Shown: positions 51,208-64,000 of the stretch, piece after piece | Layout of the letters: each line of letters begins with the position of its first letter | How positions within the stretch are numbered: the first letter of the stretch is position 1 | DNA from: Auanema rhodensis | Taxonomy: Eukaryota; Animalia; Nematoda | Reading direction: 5' to 3' | Assembly (NCBI GenBank): GCA_964057225.1 | Contig: OZ059896.1 | Span: 16,492,001-16,556,000 of the forward strand | Length of the DNA: 64,000 nt | Program-made: the position numbers and the translations under genes | The notes under the pieces: model-generated | Databases searched by the model: none | What the model saw: only the letters and a program-made list of their open reading frames with translations | Told to the model about the DNA's origin: nothing

Positions 51208-53931
51208 TTAGACGACTTGGCTTCTACTTGGTCTCATTGGCACATCATTGCTGAAGCTTGTATCTCGTGTATCATTTAAAGTTGAATTCTGCTGCGGTTG
51301 AGTAGGAACCATCGGACGACGAAGTGCTGATTCTGAAAAGTCTATATTGAATATTATGAAAACAAAAGTTTGATAGTATTGATAAAACAGGTCAAAACTG
51401 CACTCTACAAGCAATTTTTGAAACAAAATACTTAGTAAGTGAGAGAGGGAGATCATATATGTTTGAATAAATAAAGAAGGCTTTTTGCTTTTTTTTGGGT
51501 AAAATTAGTTAAAATTAGTTGAATAAGAACTTAAAAGTATTTTACATATGGATAGGATATATGCACACAGTCACACACGTTGGAATCTTATATCTATTTT
51601 GGCATTTTTTCAAAAACCAAAAAAAAACAGAAAGAAGGGGAAAAACTAAAACTTTGTGTGCATACACTCACTCATACAGTCGTCGTCTTTGTTTGATAGG
51701 GGTCTGAAGAGGCGATGGAACTACTCAGAATACTATTTTACAGAAGTAAAAAAGAAAATTCAAACTAACTCATTGGTCTTGTATCTAAACTTGGTGGCTG
51801 AGATCGTGGTTGTGGTGTTGGAAGATCATTTGCTTGATAGCCAGCCTAAACACATAAGTTAAACCTTTTATGATATTTTACTTGAACAATTTTTTATAAT
51901 AATGTAGTTGAAACATACCTTAATCAGCGGTTGAGAGCTAGCACTATACATTTCACTATCTTTAGGTTGACGGCTTCTTCTTAAAAAAAATAAATAAGAA
52001 GTGAAAAAATGAACAAAAAAAAGGAAAAAAAAAAGGTTTTTGATTAACAAAAATGTTAATTTTATTTATTAATTAGTACTTATATATAGTTATATAGTGT
52101 ATAGTTTATATATGTATATGTGATTTGATTTAGTATTCACTATGTGATGTTAAATGCTTATGAAAGTGCTACACTACAACAACCTACTCTAATATGAATT
52201 TGCGAAGTCCAAATAAGACTTCATCACTAAAACTGAATACAATAAACTATTAAGTTTGAAAATTATGCTTTTAGGTGTAAAACAAAGTTTGAATATATAA
52301 AACTTACAAGATACAAGCTAATACTAAAGCCAATAAGAAAAGAATGAGCAGAATTCCACATATAACTCCTAAGATAATGGTAGCAGTTCTGTATCCTGTA
52401 TCAACTACTCCCTAAAACATAAATATCTGTTGTCATTCTTTAAAGCTTAAAACTTACAGCATTTTTGGGATCTAATACATTGCCAGTATCATCTTGACAG
52501 TACGTATTTTCACGAATACCCCATGGACAAGCCTTGCAGTTGTCAACCTGAACAAGTACTTTTAAAAATTGAAATGTTCATAAAACATTAAAAGATTTTG
52601 AAGTTACTACAAATTAGAAATAAAATACTACAGTAGATTCAAGGTCAAATATTATCATTTTGAAGTTTTAAAGAAAAAAAATAATAAAATTTGCAGAAGC
52701 TTGTATAAATGTTTTGACTTGAAAGCACTTTGTACGACATAACAAGATAATTTAGATTCTAATCCCCAAGGTTATTATGGCTTTTACGCTTGAAAAGGCT
52801 ATAAATGAACTTCTTACCTGGCCATTACCACTGTATGAACAAACACTGAAGAAGGACGTTTTTTTAGATCGGCAAGCAGCAACGGCGGAATTAATGGTTG
52901 ATGGTGTACAAGACATATCACAGTCAGGTCCAATCAAGCTTCCGGTGCAGGCAACAGAATAGGAAAGTGTAAGTCTGAAAACATATGAGATATGAATATA
53001 GTTAATAATATTTTCTTATTTCAGTACTTTGTTTTCAGAAGTTTTCCTTCGTAGCTTTGCTGTTGGTTCATATTCTGAACACCACCGACAGCAGGCAGAA
53101 CGTTGTTCAGAGGAACAACAAATGTGTCAACATGGACCACACTTTCAACAAATGTAGGAGATCCGTCAGCTTGACTGATTACAGGTCCAAAATGATGAAC
53201 CATAATATCAATGGCAGACTGCAAATAATATTTTATTAGTCAATCTGGAACAGGAGATTTCTCTTACTGGCTTTGAAGGCAATTGAACAACATAACTCTG
53301 ATCCCAACGGTTTTCAGTACTGAGACTGTTGGCAGGAGGAAGTTGACCATTGATAAGAGTGCTGAAGCCAGTTGACATATATCTTACCGAACTACTATAA
53401 ACAAATTTTATAGAAATGTATTTGAATCAGTTTGTTTCGTACTCTGGAGAACTAACGATGAAGGAGAAGCCGAATTTGCAAAGTGGTTCTGTATTGAGGT
53501 AAGCGCATTTGAATCCACTTGGACAAATGCAGGTATTTCCATTATTCAAAGCAGAATCTGGGTTACTGTAACCTCTAAGTTGGAACTGAATTGTTACGCC
53601 ATCAGTTGGGTTAATACCATTCTGAAAATATTATTTTTGAACTTTAGATATAAACAAATCTTAATTGTATAGACTTCTATCAAATCATACAATAAGGATC
53701 AATTAAATGATTTTCATTTTTTCATTTTCATTTTGAATCCTATTTCATGTAATTTGAAAAACTTTGTTTTCTTCTTGAAGTCAAGTTCAGAATATATTTA
53801 AAACTTACTGTTGTTTGATTATATGGTGTTAATACTTGATTAAGTACGCTTCTTTGCTGATTGAACTGTTGTTGCTGGTTATTTCCAGGCTGAATCTGCT
53901 GTTGATTTTGTCGTAGCTGCTGTTGTTGCGG

Positions 53932-53965
<34 letters not shown>

Positions 53966-54138
53966 CCATAATTATTCATATAATTATTATTATTCTGTTG
54001 TTGTGGTTGATATTGATTCATTTGATTGCCCTGATACTGATTGCCACTTCGTTGACCATTCGGATTCATCTGCTGCTGATTATACTGAGCAGTTATAAGC
54101 GTGGCACATATGCCTAATGCTAATATCCTGATGATCAT
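51208..54138 (-). CDS. Type I membrane protein: signal peptide, Q/N-rich region, C2-like domain, DSL-like Cys-rich module, TM helix, Pro/Ser-rich tail; exons 54138-53809, 53621-53443, 53394-53268, 53218-53028, 52974-52818, 52547-52458, 52411-52308, 51979-51919, 51845-51770, 51332-51208
   Basis: Ten exons join in frame: MIIRILALGICATLITAQYNQQQ...|NGINPTDGVTIQFQLRGYSNP...TCICPSGFKC...LCKFGFSFIV|...|LTLSYSVACTGSLIGPDCDMSC...|VDNCKACPWG...YC|GYRTATIILGVICGILLILFLLALVLACIL|RSRQP...|KSALRRP...RPSRSQVV*. Confidence 0.88.
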
Positions 54139-57100
54139 AGTCTATAAATTGAAAAAAAATATTATTACAGATTGAAAAATCAATTAAGCATGTATAGTTT
54201 AAGAAGTAAATTTATAAAATCAAATAAAAACGAAATACGAAAAAATTTAAAAACAAATAAAAAAGAAAAAACGCCAACAAACTGTGGCGCAAATACAAAA
54301 ATGTGAAACGTCGATTAAACTTGATACTTGCAGCTTAAAAAAATGTTGTAAATATGCTGCAAATTCTAGAAGAATTATTTTTATTATTATGGTCAAAGGT
54401 TAAAAAAGTTTTTTTGTTGATGATTCAAGCAAGCAAGCAATTTATTGATTGGTTATCTTATCTATTATATCGTAATACCAGAACAAATAGATCGTTTAAA
54501 CACATTGATAGATGGAGGGTGTGCCTCGACACACTCTAACAACCTAATATGGAAGAGGCAACATACAACTCAATCTTATATATGATAGAAGCATATTGCT
54601 GATTTAAGCAAAAACTACAATCTACTATATACAAGGCAAGAAATTACTGATTGAAGATAAATCGACAGTAAGCTCGAATAAAGCTCGAGAAAAGGAGAGA
54701 AAGTTGGCATGAATGGTAAAAGCTGAGTTTTTCATCACATCTATGTGATCAGTTGATAGTTCCGGTCGGAATCGTATCATGTAAGGACGTAAAAGAAATC
54801 CTAGATATTTGAATCCGAGATCAATACAGCACAATTGGATCAAACGGAATGAATCACAATCAATACAAAATGATTTTTTCTCATTTCTTAATGCTTAAAA
54901 CCATTCCGCTATTCTGACTATACATGCATACATGCATACATGTGAGATGTATTCATCTATTACACTTATCTATCTATCTATCAATATCTATATATATATA
55001 TGATATAGTTATATAAAATATATAAAAAATTATTATTTAAATCAATAATCCTTTAAAGAAAATTGAAATAATACAAATAATGAAGGATAATGAAGAAGCA
55101 TATTACATTGTATGAATTGTGTTGACTGGTAATGGTAAGGTAATAAAACTAATCAGTAACTATGTATATAATATTTCATTTAAAAATTAAATAATTTTAA
55201 ATTAAAATAAAAGAATATACATATATAGTTATATAGATAGTTATATATATAACTATAACTAACATATAAATTATTAATTGGAGTAATAGTTAAGAAATTA
55301 ATATTTCACTCAAATAATCATCAAACACTGCTTCATCTATAGATAGTACTGATGATATATATTGGTTGATGTGTATATATGAATATGCTTTCAGTTCCTC
55401 AGAATAATCGGAATGACAAAGCATTATTGGCGTAGGTGGTATCTACATGGTAAAAGCATCATTGACGCCTTCAGTCGATTGCACGACATGAGACTCAGCC
55501 AGCTGAGTCATACATACGCCGACGGCCTGCGACAACCGTTGGACTCCATCATAACGATGAGAAGGTGCAGAAAGAAAAGATGAGGGAAAATAAGAAAACG
55601 AAAAAGTAGAAGAGGACAACGATATTGACGATGATGCAGAAGAGGAAGAAAAAGAAGACAACGATCAACGATGAAGAAGACAGGTGAAGACGTTGAGGAT
55701 GTGATGACTTAAGGGCAACACTCGATTATTTGTGAGAAGTAACTGTTGATTCATTGAAAATACAAGAAAAAGTACATGTAAGAATAGAGGTTCATATAGA
55801 AAAGATGAAAATTCCAAAAGATTTATCTTTCAATTCAACTTATCAGTTTAAGCATTTTCAAAATGAGTTTTAGTGCTTTTGAAATATGAAAAACTAGAAA
55901 TACTATATAGAATATTAATATATTGATTTAAAAGTATCAACTACAATTATAAATTTGATTAATTATGAATATTTATTAAATTTAAATAAATAATGCTTAA
56001 AACTTGTTAAGATAATGACAAAAAAAAAGAAAAAATAACATAAAACAGCCAATAGTACAAAATAAGAAATAGAAAAAATATATAGAAAGATGATGATGTA
56101 CTAAGAGTTATAGAAAAGTAGAAATGCACGAATAACTATTTATGTTTCAATTATTGTCATTCTTAAGATTACGAATACCTTATGTCAATATCAGCTAGTG
56201 TCTGCTTTACTAAAAAAGTTTTTTTTTCAAAACATTGACGTAAATATTGATCAGAAATTGTGCGTCAAAATCATTTCGTAGTCATAGGGAGAAGAGAAAT
56301 ACGGAAAACTTCTGAGCAATGTGAACTGAATCATCAACAGTTTCAAGCATTGTGGTATGTTGAGAGGTGTTGGAGGAAGATGGGCAACGAGATAAGCAGT
56401 TTCATTCATACGACTGGATGGTAGGCTTTTCTTTATTTTGGACTATGATTTTGACAAATTGAGGAAAAAACAGCTTGTGAGGATAGTGCTTGGTGTCAGG
56501 TTAGTGGCATAGTAAGACAACTCATTAGCATCTATTTGCTTAGAAAGGGACTTTGTGGGAAACAGAAGCTAAGAAAGGTCGTCTACGGTCAGCAGACAAG
56601 ACACCGAAAAACGAAAACAAATTAGCTGAAATCAATGATTTTCGGTTTATTTTTTTAAACAAAACTGTGATTAAGAAGAAATAAATAGAACAAGGGATGT
56701 TGAAGAGAGAAAGCTGATTGGGATTAGAATGAATGACGCAACCTGCTTAGTAGAGGAGGTTAGATGACTTGGATCATAATATATTGATGATGATGAACTC
56801 ATAGACAAAACAAACAGTCCAATGGGTCATACATGGGCATTCTATACAATTTCATAGCACTGGATTAGTTTTCCTTTGCTTGTTGTATGCATTTCGTTCG
56901 ATTTGATAAGAGTCGGTTCAAACTAAGATGCATGTATTTCAAGGTATTAGTTAGTAACCTCGGCCCTTTTGCCATAAATAACTTGAAGATCGTTTGCTTA
57001 TGTGTATATATAATCATAATGATAAAACTATTTTATAACAGCTCTTTATTGATAATATATAGTATATATTATATATAAAGAGAGAAAGAGAGAGAGAAAG

Positions 57101-60100
57101 AGATTGTTCTATACATTTGAATGAACATGAGAAGCAATGTAGACAAATAATATAGAATCTTATCAATTGTTATTATTATTATTATTGATATACATACATA
57201 TGTATATGCATATATGCTATACAAATCATTTGTGTATATGTATTCTATCAAATAATTCAAAATGTAAGAAATTATTTTTGATTTTATAAAAACTTTCAAA
57301 AGTTGCGTTGATAAACAGAAACCAAAGGTGAGGCGAAATAGAGAAACGCAATGAGAAGGAATTGTTTTTGTTTTTATTAAAACAAAGAAATAGAATGAAT
57401 ATTATTACTATTAAGTCATAGAAATATGATATTTCTGAATATATTGTCATTCTTTCTTTCTTTAACTTTATATTGAAACATACAAAGTGTGATATATAGT
57501 GTATGATGATTTCATAGTTACATACATAGATACATGTACATAGAGAAAGACATTGATGTACATCAGAATCTTTTCATTTTTGCTTTTCCTTGTCCGAAAG
57601 TTATCTTAAAGATGATTCAGAATATTGAAAGTTTTCTTCTATATTTGATATTTCAATAACTAATAAATACAAAAATTGACAGAAAGAAAGTGGGAGAGAA
57701 AGAATGAGAGAGAATTGAAAAACGAAAATCGGGATTGAAAATGTAAGGAGAATGGAAAGAATTGAGCAATTTTTATGAAAAGTTTGTATTAGAATACAAG
57801 CATTATAGTTCTTATTATCAAGTGTTATCACTCAGTAAAAATAAGAAATAAATGCTTATAATTAATTTGCAACCGAGTACTCTAGATTTGGAGAGAAAAA
57901 AATGATGAAAAATTAGAAAAAAACATATTATAATACACAAAATAATTAGAACTTATCTCGATTTTTCATATTTCAAACAAAGCAATCGTGTCTTCTTCGA
58001 TACAAACATAGAGGTTTTGATTCAAGCAGTTTTTCAACGATACTGTTTGCTCAGTTAGACCTTCAGGCACGATGATGAACAGCAAAATCAGGTGTTTCCC
58101 TTTGTTATTGAACTCCTTTTTCTTCATTTTCATTGTGTCATCAGTTTTTTTTATTTTCTTTAGTAAATTGAATTTAAAATATCGTACAGAGCTGAATAAT
58201 CGTTGAAAAGAAGAAGAAGAAGAAAAAGACAAAAAATAGGAAAATGATCATGATCATTTAGTGATAGAGTGACAACGAAAAGGTAAGAAATATAGAAAGA
58301 CGAGAATGAGATAGAGAAGACAAACGTAGGAGGAGATGGAGGCGGAGGGGAAAAAAGATAACAAAAAAGGTTTTTTTTATTTTAAAATAATTATGAAATG
58401 AATCTTTTTTTATAATTTATTTCAATAGTTTTTAAGATTTGTTATACATTTTAAGATATGACCTTTATTCATATGTTATACAAGCAAATAATAGTAGAAA
58501 GAAAATGCTAATATGACTAATTGTTTCAAAACAAATGCCATTACGATATTCAAAATAATTTTTTTTGTTTCTTTTGTGTATTGTTGCTACCTACTGCTAC
58601 TGACGTATGTTACGTGAAACTACACGTTTTATGCTAATTTCAACGTAAAAACGTGAATGAAGATTGAACATGTGAAAGTCATTTTCGACAATATACTTTA
58701 GCAGCAAACGGTTGATCATGAAAATATCAGAAAAGAAGGAAATGAAAAATATTAAGAATCATGAAATGATTAGAATCTTACTATGTGGTAATATAGGAAT
58801 AAATATATTTCAGCAATAAGATGGAAGAGAAAAAGATGTGTGAAGGAACATAGAAGCACTAAGCAATTGATTTCTGAGATGTGGGAGGAGTTGGAAAAGC
58901 TTTATTATCGTGTATCTTATATGATTCTCACCTTTCATCCACTTCTATGCCCTTTACCGTTCGAGACATCTTCATATCTTCAATACTATTATTGGCGACA
59001 ACCAGCTCTTTCCGGTTAGAGGGATTGAGAAGAAGAAGGAAAGAAGAGAACGGTAGCTACTTTGTTGTGAGAAGAAAAAGACAAGAGAGAGAGAGAGAAA
59101 GAGCCAGATAGTAGAAGAATAAGAGCTGGTAGTAAGGTATGCTAGACAGGTTAAATGGATATATAGGAAATATAACAGGAACATATAGTATAGATGAAGA
59201 GAATTGGTTGTTTGTTTAACTATCAGAATATGCATCCATTGGCTTTATTAAACCGTACTTGGCCAGTTTGTTAAGATGGTAGAGAAAATTGAATTGAAGA
59301 GAAATAAAGAGAAAACAGAGGAAAGAAAGTACAAGTATAAGGAGGTGAAGCATGAAGAGATACATTGCCATTCAGTTGGAACGATATCATCGATGTGAAC
59401 GATGTTGATGTTGACAAGGAAGGTGATGTGAACGATATGACGAAGAAAGAAAGAAGAGAAAGAGAGGTCGATTTGGCTTCTACTAGAATGTTGAATATCA
59501 ATCAAGGTACAAGATGGTTGATAGAGAGCGAATAACTCGATAGAGAGAATAGACAACGAGAGAAAGTTGTAAGAGAATAGGAAGAATAGATGTAATCCAT
59601 GATTGCTTAAGCAAATATCATGAAAACGAGCCAAACGAACAGTGATATTCACAAACAAAATTGTATTTCTTCACTATCTAACCTACACATTATTGTAGTT
59701 TTGCCTTATAAAATACTTTTTCTCTCTCTCTCTCTCTGTATCAGTTTACAATCTTGTTTTCCCCCATTAAATTGCAAAATGCTTATCTTACAGTCTCAAT
59801 TTCCTATTATTATATTCATCTTCGTTCATCTATTTCATCATTATTCATATCCTCATAATGATACGAGTACAAAAATCAAAAAAAAAAAAGAAAAAGAAAT
59901 AAACTAAGAATATAGGAAATTGAGAGGGAGAGAGAGATAGAAACATAATGTATGAAAAGGATTTGCTGAGATCTATTGAGCTCTATGTCTTGTATCTCAT
60001 CCAATTTCATATTATTTCCGTTGTGACCTGAAAATCATTAAACAAACAATCTTTTATCTTTTGCATAGACAGGATATATAAAGGAAATACTTATTTCATA

Positions 60101-60833
60101 TAGTTAATAAATCAAGAAAAGAATATAACTAACTAACAACTTCATTAACTATGCAAACTATATGTATATTTTCTCAATAAACACATATATCTATACATAG
60201 ATGATATGTACCATGCATATGTATATGTAAAGAAGTCATGCTGCTTACCATTCTAACTATATTATTATATCAATATTTATACAATAACTATATATAAATA
60301 GAATATTATAAATATAAGAAAATTTCTTAAAATTTGAACTTAGAAATGAGCTGAATTAGTTGATGAACAATGATGGACAGAGTAAAGAAGATGATTAACA
60401 AATAAAAAATTTGATTGTTTTCTGTCGATAATTTCATTCGAAAATATATATTTCACTATATTTCAAAATAAAATATAAAATTGTATGAAAATGTTGTCTT
60501 GTTGATTGAAAAGATTTGAAAAATAATTTGAAATCAAGAAATTTTAGAAAAAAAAAAAGCTGAAACATCGTTGGGTGTGGTTAGGATGAATGTAAGATGG
60601 AAGAATTTTGATAAAAAATGGTTTAGATTGAAAACACATCTTGGGAAGAGAATGAAGATGAAATCATTTCAGGATATACTTGGATGTTCTTTTTTGGATA
60701 GAAGGGCAAGTCCAAGAATGAAATCTTTTTAGAAAGAAAGATTGCTAAAGACATTTTAGATTGAAGAACATGAATACCAAATTATAATTTTAGTTAATTA
60801 TATGCATAGTTAAAGAAAAGAGAGAAAGAAATA

Positions 60834-60840
<7 letters not shown>

Positions 60841-60885
<45 letters not shown>
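60841..60885 (+). repeat. (AG)n microsatellite
   Basis: About 22 AG units. Confidence 0.95.
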
Positions 60886-60889
<4 letters not shown>

Positions 60890-61291
60890 GTTAAAGTTGA
60901 AAAGGTATTTAACTATATATGAAGGACATTGTAAGTTTTTAAGAACTGAGGCAAAACCTTGAGCTGAATGGATTTGGATGCCTAAAAGTATCGGAATCTA
61001 TGGGTCACACATACACAGTGCTGACCGTGTGAACCTTTGAGTTCTGAATATGTAAAGGCAATGTATTGGCAGACGGTTTTGTATAGTTTATACGAGTAAA
61101 TAGATGTTGAGATATAGCTGTATTGAAGGTTAAGGCTGGTACTGAAATATGGTTTGATGATTCAGATGTGAGCTGATTCACCAATTCTATGAAGAATATA
61201 TGAAAGAAGATTAAGAATAATTGCTTGTAGTGACCATATTGAAGTAAATGACTATGATGATGTCACGAAGTGCTCTGTTAAAGATTAGGAA

Positions 61292-61296
<5 letters not shown>

Positions 61297-61363
<67 letters not shown>

Positions 61364-61410
61364 GAAGATAAGAGAATAGAGAGAGAATGAGGAAGATAAG
61401 AGAATAGAGA
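61297..61410 (+). repeat. (GA)n microsatellite followed by a 28-bp tandem duplication
   Basis: GA run to ~61358, then GAGAGAATGAGGAAGATAAGAGAATAGA twice. Confidence 0.9.
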
Positions 61411-62894
61411 GGTAGGTACTAGAAGAAAATGTTTTGAGAAAGAGGGTGGAGAGATTCAAGATGGAATGGCAATGTAAACTCAAGCTGGTTATAATGTGTT
61501 CATGATGACGAAGAGTGAGGATGATGATAATGAAAGACTTTAGGTGAGGAGTCTCAGGTATCATCCATGACTAACCTATTTGCAAAGAACGGGATTAAGA
61601 TGCGAGACGGGCCGTATAAGGAAACAGGCCTCATCTGTCCGGTCGTAGGCCGGAACGACATCATTCGAAAGGCTTACCTTTTGATGTTGTTGGTTATATG
61701 CCTGATGTGTGTTTGTTGTCGGATTGTGTATTCAAGGTATGTACGCCATCATCGTCCATCGTTGATCTGTCATCAAGACGAGAACAAGCTGTATGAGCGA
61801 GCCGGATGTATGGTTTGGCAAATAGTCCAGCAGATTTATGTCTTGTCTTCTCTGTCTGCACTATCGGACCGTATGTTCTATACATACGGTTATATAAGGT
61901 ATATTATAAGATATGATGCATAATATGTTTAGAAGAGTCATGATTGTATTAAAGAGAAAGAGAGAGGGAGAGAGAGAGAGAGAGAGAGAAAACATAGATA
62001 TCTATGAATGTATACATGAATCAAGGTAATTATGCTTTGATGAGAAGAAGAATAAAAGGATTAAAAATATATTTTTATGAATGAATAAGACTATTTTCTT
62101 TGTATTTTATTCATTTTTATTGATTAGTCAATATTAAAAATGTGTTTTCTTATATTTGACAATCAAGCTTTGATCTTTATAATAGGAAAATAGAACGGAA
62201 TATTGTAGTAATCAAGGAAATATTTTAAGAAACTCAAAAGCATTTGAGATTTCAGAGAAAATTGAATCAGTTTTCTTTTACAGTATTCCTACAGTAATAT
62301 TCTCAATCAAATTTAATTCATTTCGTGTTTTTTCGTTTAAAATTTGTTCTCAACTTCAAAACTTCTCAACATTTATGCTCATCAGCTTTTCCTTCATCGC
62401 TAAAAATTTAAGAGATTAAGAGAAATAGAGAGAGAGTGAGAGAGAGACAGAGAGGGAGGGAGAGAGAGAGAAATCTTTCTAATATTCTTTGTGGATATTT
62501 AATTATTTGTGTCCAGTCGAAATTATAATGAAAGGAATGAAAATCAGACAACCTAAACAACCTTTTAAACAATCGAACGAACATGAAGATGATGATGATA
62601 ACGAAGAAGAATATTTTGAAGAGACTAAGCTTAAAACTTGAGCGGAAAGAACAAATATACAGATGTTTAAATGAATAAACATGATTAAAAGCTACTTACA
62701 TAGATGAACATTCAAATATTTAGAAGGAAAATCTTTTTTTTTTCATTTTAAATGCACAATAATACGAATTGTTACAATAAAAATAGAAAATGTAATGATT
62801 CAATCAAAATAAATTCAAACTAAATTAATAATTATATAATGATTAATTTCAAAAATTCATTAATATAATAATAAATAAATAAAATAAAATAAAT

Positions 62895-64000
62895 TTATTG
62901 AGCTGAAGATGAAACTGTTATTATAGTAGCTTTTCTTGTTGAAGATTGAGATAAAAATGGAAATATTTGATTGAAACGATGTTTAATAGGATCCATTAAA
63001 TCTTTAGTAAATACAATCATAATTAATCTAAATTATATTTTATTTATTTTTATAATAATAATGAGAAAACATATTTTATTTTTCAAATAATAGTTCAAGT
63101 TTTAAGAAAAACAGGTGATATCAAAGTTTTAAAAAGTATAAAGTTTTAAGAAAATTTAATAAAAAAATAAATTGAAATATATAATTAACTAACCCATCAA
63201 TAGCATTCATAGATAACCATACAATAGTTAAACATAAAAAGATATACCAAGATTCAAATGGCATAATTTCAACAAGAAATTGTGAAAATAGCATATCAAC
63301 CAAATATAAGCAATCTTGCATCAATTTCTATTTTGAAATAAAAATTATTTTCATATTTTACTTGTTAAGCTTAGATGAAAGATGTAGTTCTCCTACATAC
63401 CTGTGCAAATAATATCCGATTACGTTTCATACGTTTTGTTGTTTCAGATTCTGATATTCCTCGATTTTTTACCTTAAAATATACATTTATAAGAATTAAA
63501 ATTATTTTTTATTTTTTTAATAAAAATATTGATTTTTTGAAAAATTACCGTATCATTAACTAATTTAGCAAATGTTATTAAATTACAAATAAACATGAAT
63601 AAAGTACAAATGTAGACAAGTATTCCAGATGCTTCAAGTACTATTCCTTTAGCTCCTGTCCAAACCAAATATTCAAAATGAAAATAATATTCGATTCCAA
63701 CTGAAAATATTAGAAATTTGTTTAATTTTAATTAATAATTAACATATTTTTATATTTTATTAATTAATTTAACTATCAAATCACAGAGTATAGTTTACTT
63801 CTCATATAAGATACATATATCACACACACACATATGTATATTTGCTCTTATGCTCTTAAAGTTTATATTTAAAACTTTTTTGAAATATTTTATGATAATT
63901 ATAGGTTGAAATAACATTTTTTCATTTAAAAAAAACTTTTACCTATAGCACAGAATACAATGACAACAAGAATAACAACAAAGCAAACAAGTGAAGCTAT
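62895..64000 (-). CDS. Serpentine chemoreceptor, srx family (5' part outside window); exons >64000-63943, 63700-63561, 63472-63401, 63327-63194, 63027-62895
   Basis: ...CNLITFAKL|VKNRGISESETTKRMKRNRILFAQ|KLMQDCLYLVD...FLCLTIVWLSMNAIDG|LIMIVF...SAQ*. LF.Q...QD.LY..D and W......DG.IM..F are typical of srx; several hydrophobic TM segments. Confidence 0.85.

Overview
AT-rich eukaryotic genomic DNA with many ~45-55 nt introns, TTTCAG/TTTTAG acceptors and acceptor-like sites just before ATGs (probable trans-splice sites). This points to a nematode, probably a clade V rhabditid. Most of the supplied ORF track is noise because the real genes are spliced. I rebuilt 11 protein-coding genes by hand, checking exon phases: rps-23 head-to-head with dpm-3; a scramblase/Tubby-C-like gene; a RasGEF1-family GEF with a probable 11-kb 5' intron; two tandem single-CRD galectins (one His-rich, one Pro-rich and carrying an intronic tRNA-Glu); an orphan secreted peptide; a TyrB10/GlnE7 globin; a GPI-type three-finger (LU-like) protein; a Q-rich type I membrane protein with a C2-like plus DSL-like ectodomain; and the 3' part of an srx chemoreceptor. 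Long non-coding tracts (8.3-21.6, 22-32.9, 54.2-62.9 kb) hold microsatellites and several GC-rich, hairpin-forming islands. I see no clearly new multi-gene system. The best leads are the Notch-ligand-like membrane protein, the galectin/tRNA locus and candidate structured RNAs at 33.4, 55.4 and 61.6 kb. Family names come from motif recognition, not database searches.
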